Positions 49,001 through 64,000 of a DNA stretch of 64,000 nucleotides are shown in pieces. Source of the DNA: Monocercomonoides exilis PA203 (taxonomy: Eukaryota > Protista > Preaxostyla); NCBI GenBank assembly GCA_001643675.2, contig LSRY02000016.1, positions 682,001 to 746,000 of the forward strand. Reading direction: 5' to 3'. Both the position numbers and the translations under genes were made by a program. Each line of letters opens with the position of its first letter. The stretch's first letter is position 1. The notes under the pieces were generated by a model. The model saw only the letters and a program-made list of their open reading frames with translations. It was not told the origin of the DNA and made no database searches.

Positions 49001-51283
49001 ATTTTGTGTATTCTGTTCCGTTAACTTCAACTTTACCATCATCTTCCACATAAATGCTCAATGCCCCTCCATTACCATCTTCGCACACACTTTCTTCCAG
49101 CATGCAATTTGATACAATTATCTTTCCTCCAGAGGAAAGTCTTCCTTTAGCTATAGACCCATCTCCATTTGTTCGTGTTAATTTGCTTGAGTTTGTCGAA
49201 ATGATCTCCAAGACACATGTCTCAGCTTCCTGTTCAAAAGAAATTGTACAGCAGCTGGAGAATTTCATCTCAAACATTCTCACTTCTTCCAAAAGGGCAT
49301 ATCCTGTATTCACTTTGAACGCACTTGAATGAACTTCGTTCTGTTCATCAACACAAGAAACATCACATTTCTTCACTGTTGTTTTTCCATTTCCACTCAT
49401 CACCAGAAAACAATTGGATGTACCATTGACTCCATCCATGTGCTTCAAGTGGCAGTCATTAATATCCAAAGTGCCCGTATTCACTGTAAAAACACTATTT
49501 CCTTCAAGTGATCTGATAATTGTTTCTTCTCTCGAAATTCCAGCGATAGAAGCAAGTTCTGAACCAACTTCAATTGTTTCTTCACAGAATACGCAGGAAC
49601 CAGCTTGCACTATCGCATTTGTGTTCGTAGTTAATCTTGTAAGCGAATGCTTCAAAGTTTGGCATAATGGTGCAAAACCACATCCATTATTATCAACACC
49701 TTCATAAAAGTTTGCCCTTATACGGAAATCATCATGGAAATCTGGTAGCCAATATAATGGCATACTCGTTTCACATTTGTAGGTACTCTCAGTGATGCAG
49801 CGAACAACCCTTGTCCCTTCGGACAAAGAATAACATTCAGTAAAATTATCAATCGTCAAAGAATTCCAACCACTATTTAGCGTAATGTGAACATCCATTC
49901 CTCCATCCTGTGGAGCAGAATTGTTCTTGAAGAAACAAAACGAGCATTGAAATACTACAATATCATCAACATTTTGTTCTCCCAGTAAAATGCAAGGTGC
50001 AAAAGTTCTTGCGGTGTTGAATTGAAAAGCATTATTTGAAAGATAAATAGTGGAATTTATGTGGAAAGTATGAAAGGCTCCTGTATATTGTTCACTAGCT
50101 GATCCATTCTCAAAAGTATTAGAATAAAAAACATTGGTTCCAAGCTGAATTGAATATATAATTACATGCCCCTTTCCCTTTGCACTGCTCAATGAAAACA
50201 AAGAAGATTGAGTTTTAGTGTTTGTGAAATTTCTGTAGCAAATAGAACCACCTTCGTTAGCCGCAGAGCAATTCATAAACGAGCAATGATCACAAAAAAA
50301 TTCTCCAGTTGATGAATTTAAGAAAATGGCTCCTCCGCTTTTTGAAGAGTTACATTTTTCAAAAATGCATCTAACAATTGTGAGCGAAGCTTCAGAATCA
50401 CAAAAAATAGCTCCCCCGAATTCTGAATTATTTGAAGAAAAATAATCATCCGTAAATGTGTTATTACCTTGTGAAAAAGTTTGATTCGAATTGTGTTCAA
50501 TGCTGCATTTTTCAAATGAGGAATTACTGCAAATAAAAGAACATGAAGCTGGAGTTACAATTTCTCCGTTGTAAGGGCGTACGCACCTCGTCATTTTTGA
50601 AGAAAACAATTTCACATTTTCATTTCGTCTATTTAAATTATCATGTTTTATGAATTTTGTTGAAAAATTGTCGAAGTTGCAATCTTCAACATTCAACAAA
50701 GATAGGCTTTTGGAACATATAAATGGAGGCGACAAAACTGTTAATGAAGAAAAGTCAGAATGAATCAATGAGACTGTGCCAAGAGCATAATCAAAATGTA
50801 TGTCTGACGAACTTGACACTAGAGATGGAAAATGATTAAAAATTAGTTGTTGGCAAAGTGAGATATTGTTAAAATTGATGATTCCTCCGTAAGATATAAA
50901 AGGACTTTTGCGAAAAACAATTCCATCAATAGAGCAAGAATTCATGTACAGCTTTGATGAAGAGCAAATAGATGCAATGCTGGCGTCCTTAATGATTAAG
51001 AAGTGAAGAGAACTAAAACGAACAGAGCTGTTGGTGAATTTGAAATTATTCTTAAAAATCGATGGACTAAAAATTGTGGAAAAATCATTCATTCTGAACT
51101 TTGTTTTCAGGCTGTATTCATGCTGAAACGAATCTTTTAACATATTTTCGCTGTAATCTTCAAAGTTAAATATGCAACAAAAAGCTAAATTCCAACTTCC
51201 TCATGTATCAAAATATACAAACCTGTTTTTGAATTTATCAAAACAGCACGCATAAATAAAAAGAAAATTATATAAAAATCCAT
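43080..51283 (-). CDS. Type I membrane protein: signal peptide, beta-helix/Pmp-like (GGAI) Cys-rich ectodomain, TM helix, cytoplasmic pseudokinase
   Basis: Exon 1 (51223-51283, MDFYIIFFLFMRAVLINSKT) splices through a GT-AG intron at 51158-51222, in frame, into the 2687-aa ORF. GGAI/GGG and F..C repeats and repeated CG...PC modules follow. TM helix LWIVIVIILVVLLAVLIISIVVTI is followed by RWRKQKKR and C-lobe kinase motifs. Confidence 0.9.
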
Positions 51284-51739
51284 TTTAGTTGAATAATAGT
51301 AATGCTCTATGCAAAGCAAGGGGCAGAAAATCGAATGATCAAAAATTAACACTTAAAATTAAATAATAACAATTGCTGATTTTAATATAAAGTTATGGGG
51401 ATAAGAATAATGATTGAGACGTTTGTTAATTTAGGAATGCAAAATATGCACAATAATATGCTTTAATATCATATTTGTTTAAAAAGCCCATTATGATACA
51501 CATAACTTAATTTGAAGTGGAAGTGTTTAAAACTTCGAGAAAAACCGCTGAATAAAAGTTGATATTCAAAAACAATTTTATATTCATTAAAAAATAGAAT
51601 GAGACAAAAGGCTGAAGATATTTAATTGAATAAAAATGCTTGGGAAAATAACTTTTAACTCAATTGTTTGCATATTCATTTTTCTCAAATTATTCAAGCA
51701 TTTTTTTATGGATGTTTTTTTTATTAGTGTAATCAACAA

Positions 51740-56041
<4,302 letters not shown>

Positions 56042-56656
56042 TTGTTTGAAAGAAGGAAATGGTTAATTTTTTATTTTTATTTTTAAATTTTATCTGACAG
56101 TTAGCTCCTTTCATTTAATTAAGTGGCAAATGTGTGGATTCTGAAATTCATTGTGCATTTTTAGAAGCTTACGTAATAACAGTTCATATGTACTCTTTTT
56201 TATGTCAAATCTCAAATTTTTATTTCTTTCTGTTTTTGTTTGTTTTTTGTTTTTATTTTTTATCTAACTTACAATATATTCAGCTCTTTCATAAAAACCT
56301 TTCCTAAGAAAGCACAAAAAATACATGAAATGCACAAAATCAACGCTTTCAAAGCTGGAAGCATAAAATGCATTTCAACAAAATTGTAAACTAAACCAAT
56401 AATACACTTTTCTAAAGAAACAAACAACAAATAAATAAATAGACTCAATCTACAGTTTAAGATAACCCTCATATCACAGATATTGAAGTGGAAACTAAAC
56501 AAAACTTAAATGAAGAAATTATGAAAAATAAAATCTTCTTTTTGAGAAGAAAATAGCACTTTCTATTTTATAATAACATGAAAAAAGGATAAAAAATTTA
56601 TTAAAAAAACATTCTTGAATTGTTTAGAAATCACAAGTTTGTTGCTCAGAATGATT

Positions 56657-59600
56657 CTACATTTCAATGCTGTCCATCGCATCAAGCATTTGTGCAGCAA
56701 TCTTTGGAGTTCTGTCTGCCTTCAATTCGTGCATCGCCTCAAGCAACTCCGAAAACTTCTCTTTCATCGCAGATGATGCAATGCGGTTGAGCACTTGCAT
56801 TCTGAAAAGAGGAGGCGAAGGATCGTCGGCTGTTGGCATCTCACTCATCTGCATTAGCTTCAGCAGACACGCCACAGCAATTGTCAGCTGGTGCGTGGAA
56901 GACGGATCACCAAGGGCACATTTGATAGAGATCGGTGTGATGGTATCCAGATTAATGGAAGGAGTGGTTGTGTCAGTCGAGTTGCTTTGTGCTGGAAGAG
57001 CGGAAGATGCTTTCTCTTTGGCTGCCGCTGTGCTTGGAGGCGCATATGACTTCACAATTAGCATCATTCTGGTTATTAACGAGTCCACAAGATAGTCCAC
57101 GTCATTCACAGACGCATCGCCAAACGAGCAAAACGTTTCTTCCCTTCTCAAAATCTCTCTTCTTTCGCACAGAGCCATCTCTGCACTGATCTCCATCCGC
57201 TTCCTCTTCTCCTTCTGCAGCGGCGTTTCCTCCTTCACTTCACTCTCTCCTCCTTCACCTCCCTCTCCAGCAGCTGCTGATGCAGATGAAGCAGAAACAG
57301 AAGAAGAGCCCCCCAAATCATCAGGCCCCAGAAGCTTATTAATCGCTCCAAGCATCTTTTCTGTCTCTTCCGCTGTCGTCTCCTCACTCTGCAGCAGAAC
57401 CGATAGCCTTCTCAAGGCGCCCAGCTCCTTCGCCTCTCTTTTCGCCTCCTTCAGCGACGACACCGTCCACAGCAGCTGTGCAGCGCTGGTGATGACTTTG
57501 TCACTCTGCGGCAGCCCAGGAACAACAAACATCCTCAGAGAACTCACAGCCACAGACACTCCCCCTGCCACAAGTACCAGAAATCTTCCTTCGGGCGAGG
57601 CATCTGCTACCAGACGCAGAATCTGCAGTGCGCACGAAGTGACCAGCTCGTTGTGTCCGTGGCATAGGGCAACAATTGCACTCACAAAAGGCGCTGTGCA
57701 AAGCGAGGCCTTCGCATCGATGTTGGACGAGCTGATGTTCAGCAGGCAGCGCAGCAGGGAAAGCAGCGTTGGGTCGTCAATGTCTTCTAATGGAGTGATT
57801 GGTGTGAATGATGGATATGGTAACAGTTTCTCATAAGAAGCTGAATCAGAAGAGAAGGAGGAGGAGGAAGAAGCAGACTCTCCGCTTTTCATATTGTCTC
57901 TTTCTCTCTCATCGGGATTCACCGCATTCTCATCCTCAAACTCTTCAGGAATGCGGCAAAAGATCCCTTCGCCGCTCAGAAACAGCCTCAGCAAGTTCAG
58001 AACACCTCCTTCGCCCAGCACAAATCTGTTTGAGATGTTCAAAGCCAACCTCGCAATGATATCTGCTATTGTCGCCACCAGACGCCGATTGTACTCTCTG
58101 GGCGATGCTAACACAGCGCGGATGAACGAAGGCTTGTGCAGCGAGCGGGCAGACTGGCTATTTTGAGAGGAAGTGGAAGAACCAGACGATGGAAGAGAAC
58201 TAGAAAGAGTTGAAAATGGTGTGTTAGCTGCTGAGTAAGTGGAGGAAGTTGACATCATCGAAGGAGATGAAAGAGGAGGTGAGGATAAAGGAGAGGGTGC
58301 GGGTGTAAGTGTAGATGCAATCGATGAAGAAGACTTCGCAAGTGCATTCGGATCAGAGGAAGGTGTTTGAGGAGAACCTTCAGGATCCGCCTTTGGAATA
58401 TCCTCAATATCAGCCATCTCTTCAAGCGCATCCACATTTTCCGACTCTTCCATCACAGAAATGTCGTCCTCCACGAAATTCACTTGGAACAGCGCTCTTC
58501 TCAGCACAATGCACAGAAACTGCACAAACGCCGGTGAGATGTCACTCGGCACCTCTGGCTGCACAGGCGATATGTTGTCGTTGACTGCTTTTGTCGCCTC
58601 CGCCAGCGCCTTCTGCGCCGCAGCCCCTTTCGGAGTGTGCGCAGGATAGATCTTCGTCGCCTTCTCAAACTGCGCCTTTTTCTTCTCTTTCTCCTTTTGG
58701 ATCTGCGACAATGTCCGCACACAGGTCTCTGCCACCATTGGTGATGTGTATTGCTGGAAGCAACCCGACTTCAGCAGCGCAATAAACACGTCCTCGTTGC
58801 ACCGAAACTCGTTCACTTCAGAATCTGAGTGCTTTCCCGACATCAGCATCTTCACCACATCCCGCAGGCCACGTTTCGAGCGATAGGCGGTGCCTGGAAT
58901 ACGCAAATGCAAGAAATACCCCAAAAGACGTGACGCCACATCAGCTGCTTGAAGCTGATCGTCCTTCTCAAACCCATCAAGCAGCTTGAATGGCAAATCT
59001 ACTGGTGTAAATAACATCCGCTTTGCCTTTTCAGCTTCTCCGCCTCCTGCTTTGCTCTTCCTCTCTGCAGCTTCCTTCGCTTTAAGCTCTGCTCGCAGTT
59101 TCTTCTCTCTCTCCCTTTTCTCCTTCTCCTTCTCCTTCCTCTCTGCCTCCTTCACCATCTCCTCGTTGCTCTTCGGTGGCCTCCTCAGTTTCGGCGCTGA
59201 CACATCCGGCGGCAGAATGATCGCAGCGCTAACTTTGCCTGAGACCTTCTTTGAAGGCCCACCTCCTCCCATCCCCAGTGCATTCGCTTTGTCTGCTGAC
59301 TCCTGCATAGACGTCTGTGACAGAAACATTGCGCCGGGGATAAGCGACGCTGCGTCTTGTGCTTCGTCAGCGCTCGACTGCTTCATCTGTGCAGAAAGAT
59401 AAGGGTTGTTCTTGTTCCGCCTAGACTGCCGTGCTAAGCGCAGCTGCAGGTCTTCTGGATCAGTCAGAGCAAGTTCTTCAGTCACAGCTATGCAGATCAT
59501 GTCGAACAGAGTGACTGTGTTATTCTCTGTGAAAATAAGAATAAATTGAATGAAGACAAACAATAGAGCACATAAGTTGTATTAAACAAGAAATACAAAA

Positions 59601-62600
59601 ATCGCAAATATTAATTGTGTTCAATAATTTATATCTGAAACTTAAAAGTCTGCAAACCTTTCTCAATCACATTCACTAGATATCTTGCAAGTCTCTCTCC
59701 CCAAATCTCCCTTTTCTCTGCCTCGCTCACATCAACGCAGAACACTCTTCTGATCCCGCAGTCGCTTCCATCGTTTCGTGTGGTGTACTTCAGCACGTGC
59801 TTCGCCATCAGTTTGCTCCTTCTCGACTTCCTCTTCCACGGCTTCATCTCCTCCACCCACGCCGACGCCTCATATGCTGATCCATCGACCCCTCCAGGTG
59901 TCTCCTCCAAGTTGCTGATGACCACAAACGGGTCTGTCGCTTTGCTCAATGAGATGTCTTCCTTCGATCTTGTCTCGGTCACCGCACTCGCCACGCTCTT
60001 CACAGCAGACGAGGCTGAGGAGAAGACCGACCCGACGCCAGACATCAGCCCCGATGCCAGTGACTTCATTGAGAAGTCTTCGAATGCATCGTCGGGGGGC
60101 ATCTCAAATCCCTGTGAGTCGCCAGATGTGGATGAGTTGACCAGGCCAAAGAGTGAGAATATTTTGGAGGCCATTCCAGCCGGCTTCTTCTCCAGAGACT
60201 CTTTCTTTTCGGTCTCGTTTCCGAAGTTGCGGGCGAGCGGGATGGGAATCGCGTTGTTCAAAGAGAAGATTTGCGAAGAGCCAATCACTTTGCGGCTGTA
60301 AGGCAGCGCTTTCTTCAAAGAGGTACGGACACTTATCAAAGAAAGAAAGGTTAATGAAAGTGGAATATACGAAAGAAAATAAGAAAATATATGAATGAAA
60401 AATTGAACAAAAAATAATTCGGTGAATAATTGAATCATGATCAATCAAATATTAACGCAACAAATAAGAAAAAATATGGCAGAAAATTGTGTCAAATATA
60501 AAGTTTCAACCATCTTTCCCTGCTCAACGCTCACACACGTTTTCATGAAGTGCTCCATCTTCCACGCAAACGACGGAGTGAGCCCCAGTGTTGTCTTGTG
60601 CCACAGCGTGTGTGTGGGTGGGATGTACAGCCAGTCGATCAGCGCCTTTGTGAAGTGGGGGTCGATTGCTGTGGAAGAGTACAGTGGATGGCAGGAGCTG
60701 GCGACTGTCTCAGCAGACAGAAAGAGCTGCTGCGAGAGGACAGACGGCGTCGAGGAATAGTTGAAGGCAAAGGACTGCATATTCAATGCAGATGAACTGG
60801 ATGAGGCATCGCTAGCATCTGATTGTGGAATTGCGGTTGATTCTTTCGCTTTCTGTTCTCTTTCGCTGATATCTTCGTTTCTTCCTTGGGATTCTCCACT
60901 CTGCTGCTCAGTTCCTGATGCAATGTCGTGTTCTGCTTCATTTGGAATAACTGAACTGCTGTCGGTAGATTCATCTGGCTCAGGTGAATGTGCTTGAAGT
61001 GGAGTTGGTGCTGACGGTTCAGGCTGTTGCTGTTCAGACGAAGCTGCTGAAGAACTCGTTGATTCGTTTTCAGTTTCTGATTCCTTCTTTTCCTTTTCTC
61101 CGTCTCTTTCTTCTTCTTCTTTTCCTCCTTCTCCATCTTCATTCTTCTTTTCGATTTCTTCCTTCACCTTCTCCACAGTTGTTGTGGTGATGTCTTCATA
61201 CTCCACAAGCTGAGCCTCAAAATCTGAGTCGCTGTCTTCTTCAACGCTGAGCATGCCTCTTTTCGCTTCTGCTTCTAGCTGTGCCTTCCGCATCCGCTCA
61301 ATCGAGCGTGCAGTTGCCGAAAGTGGTGTCTGGCTCTTCGTCTCGTTGCTTCCCTGCTCCTTCCCGTCCTTCACTATCCCCCCAGAAATCGTGGCTGGTG
61401 TCGGGTATTTCGCGCCGAGTGCACCGAACGAGATAAACACGATGTCCTGCGTCGCCAGTGCAAACGGAGGAATGAACGATCGCCGCATCAGCACGACACG
61501 GATGTCTCTCCCGGGCACGTACGCCCGCAGCTGGCACTCCCACAGAAGGCACGAAGAAGGGTCGTTAATCGGGTTCTGCTTCCTTTTGAAGTCGTGTGTA
61601 TAAATGATTGCAGCTGGCGCAGATTGTTGGCACCCTACGGCAGATAAAGGAAGCGGTTGTTTCTTTTCTCTCTTCACTCGATCTCGAAGCGATGTTTCAA
61701 TTTCCTTTAAACTTGGCTGCTCGTCTCTGGAAAATAAACCTTCTCCAATTTCTGCTATTTTAAGTTCTGTGTAATGCCTAAGTTGGAGTGAGCCATTAAT
61801 ATAATGTGAAGCAGTTGGAGGTAAAACCCAGATTTCCAAGCATTCGCCTTCCTCAGCCAAAAATGATGTGCATTCGGCAACATGAAAATCACTTTCATAT
61901 GCGCTACTATTGCAAGACTGGCTGTTGCCTAGAAGGTTTTGCTCCGATTGAGAAAGAAATGGAGGAATCGATTGAAAAGGAGTTACAGTAGATTTTACCC
62001 ATGGCTCTGGTTTATCACAACGAAGCGATGCACCAAAGAATGGTGATCCCTTTAATGATTTGAGAATAATAAAAAGAAAAAAAGAAAGAAAAACATGAAA
62101 CAAACTGAAAATGGATATTTCTGACGAAGATGAAACTGTGGAACAAAATATTGAGGAACATAAAAAACATGCCCCGCAAATGTAAGACGATGACATCTAT
62201 AGAATTAGTACAAAAAACAAAAAACAAAATGCCAAATGTTAATTTGAAAAATAAAATAATTAACAACTGAAATGATTTTTTTAATTGCATACGCTCTTGG
62301 TGCGCGAGGCATTAAAACTGGAATTGATGCGCGTTTTCCTTCAACAATGCTCGGTGAAGAACGAAGCGGAAAATCAATTCCCATCATTGTGTCATAGCGT
62401 TGTATTGTTGAATATCGAACGGCTAACTCTCGAATAAACTCTTCTCTTTCCTGAGTAAACACAACAAATGGTTGCCCGCTTGAAAATTCTAGCTTCATTG
62501 CGCTTTCATCGTTCAGATCAATTGTGACTGCTCGCAGTTTTCGAAGTGAAAAAGAAACATTTCTTGGTGATGGATAAACCTGAACAAAATGAACGTTGCA

Positions 62601-62784
62601 CCTAGAAATGCCTATATAACACTTATCGTGCAATGTCGATGCGAGAACAGCATAAACAATACGATCTTGGACAACGGCACTCACAAATCTGCTCACAGCA
62701 AACATGTGTGATCTTTTAACCGCAATGAATTTTTTCTTCAAACAACAAAATATTGTATAAAACCTCTTTATCCAAATTGGACAT
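56657..62784 (-). CDS. Multi-exon protein with an N-terminal PH-like region and C-terminal armadillo repeats
   Basis: ATG at 62784 (MSNLDKE), then exons within ORFs 62205-62741, 62015-62290 region, 60445-62196, 59629-60444 and 56657-59563, separated by GT-AG AT-rich introns. ARM-like text includes NRFVLGEGGVLNLLRLFL, AGGVSVAVSSL, AAQLLWTVS and ELGALRRLSVLL. Some junctions are not resolved. Confidence 0.7.
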
Positions 62785-63838
62785 TTTATTTGTAATAGTA
62801 ATATGTAGTTGAAAAGAAATGGTTAGCTTTTTGTTTTATGTGAAAAATGAAAGTCTTGTATTTTGTTTCATTTTTATTTTTTTCTTAAAATGAAACAAAT
62901 TGGTCTCATTTTTAATTGTTCTATAATTGTTCATTGATTTGTTATTGCAAAAGATGAATATATATCAAAAAAAAAAACAACAATCAGTTTTTACAACTTA
63001 TATAACACCTCATTTAAAACAAAAAAAATTCGAAATATGGGTGATTTTTTATGGGATCATTAAATTCGACACATCAAATGTGACAGATTGAATTGGAGAA
63101 AAAAAACAATTTATTTTAATAAAAACATTTATAATAAAAACAAATGGGTATTTTTCTTTGAAAAGTTACATGATTTTTATTTTATCCCTTAAAAAAATGA
63201 TTTTTAAATGTTGATCATTCCGTTCCCATCACTAATTTTTGTGAATTCCTCATTTGTATTTATTTCACATATCATCGAATATAAAGTTTCAAAAAGATCT
63301 ATTTCACAAAGTTTTTGAATTCACTTTTCATATTTTATTTAAAAAATAAACTATTTGTTGTTATTTGTTGCAAACACTTATTTCCATAAATTTTTGCCTT
63401 TTTTGTTTCATCCATTTGAAAAGACATTTTGATTTTTTGAACTTTCATAAACATTTCATTATTTCAATGAATTGAAAAAACGAAAAGGTGAAAAGTCGTA
63501 TGTCTTGTGTTATTTTTTGAAAGTTAATGATAACGAGAATTCAAACGTAATAATACTCATGAAATAAAAATTGTATTCAAGAATTAAAGCAAATTAATTG
63601 ATTACTTATGTTTTAAAAAAATCTAATATTATCTGCAATATCAACATCAAAAGACCTGAAATCAAAAACTCAAAATGATATAAATCATTTTTCGAATCGA
63701 ATGACGAATCACATCTTTTGTGGATGAAATTATCTCTTTTGCTTTTTTCTCACCTTTTTTTTCCTCTTTTAGATATTTCAAGGAGTATTTATTGTTAAAA
63801 AGTACTTATCACACAAAAACGGGAAAATTGGCGGATGA

Positions 63839-64000
63839 TTAACATTTCTGATCCTGATGCGAATGCGTTGGTCCTGTTATTGGAAGAGCTACGGATAGAC
63901 GTTTTGTGGTATCTGAAAAATCTTCCAGAGGTTGATCCTTCACTGAAGTCTTCGCTTCACTCTGCGCCTTTATCATTTTCTCCATCCTCATCTTCTTCTT
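63839..64000 (-). CDS. Probable 3' end of a gene extending beyond the window
   Basis: Open frame from the window edge (KKKMRMEKMIKAQSEAK...DQKC*). GC content is higher than in the flanking intergenic DNA. Confidence 0.4.
   Translation of the reverse strand, partial: KKKMRMEKMIKAQSEAKTSVKDQPLEDFSDTTKRLSVALPITGPTHSHQDQKC

Overview
This is an AT-rich eukaryotic window with short GT-AG introns and the standard genetic code. The gene families and the Ser/Glu homopolymer-rich proteins look like the oxymonad Monocercomonoides; that is recognition from memory, not a database result. Protein genes: two oppositely oriented copies of a receptor-like pseudokinase (one partial, one complete), a multi-exon CaMKK-like kinase with a very long Ser-rich tail ending in CaaX, several very large low-complexity proteins (RLY/FxPxI-motif, coiled-coil, split-PH, PH-like plus ARM), and three copies of a helical-repeat family. 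The intergenic DNA is rich in DNA transposons. (i) A decayed pogo-like transposase is split in frame by a 2-kb TIR element carrying an intron-containing host gene copy. (ii) A nested MITE at 11376-12039 has an inner element carrying six TTAGGG motifs and a non-canonical tRNA-like Pol III cassette; this is the best candidate for a novel system. (iii) A 336-bp inverted repeat resembles a foldback element. (iv) A full-length DD34D mariner has two nonsense codons.
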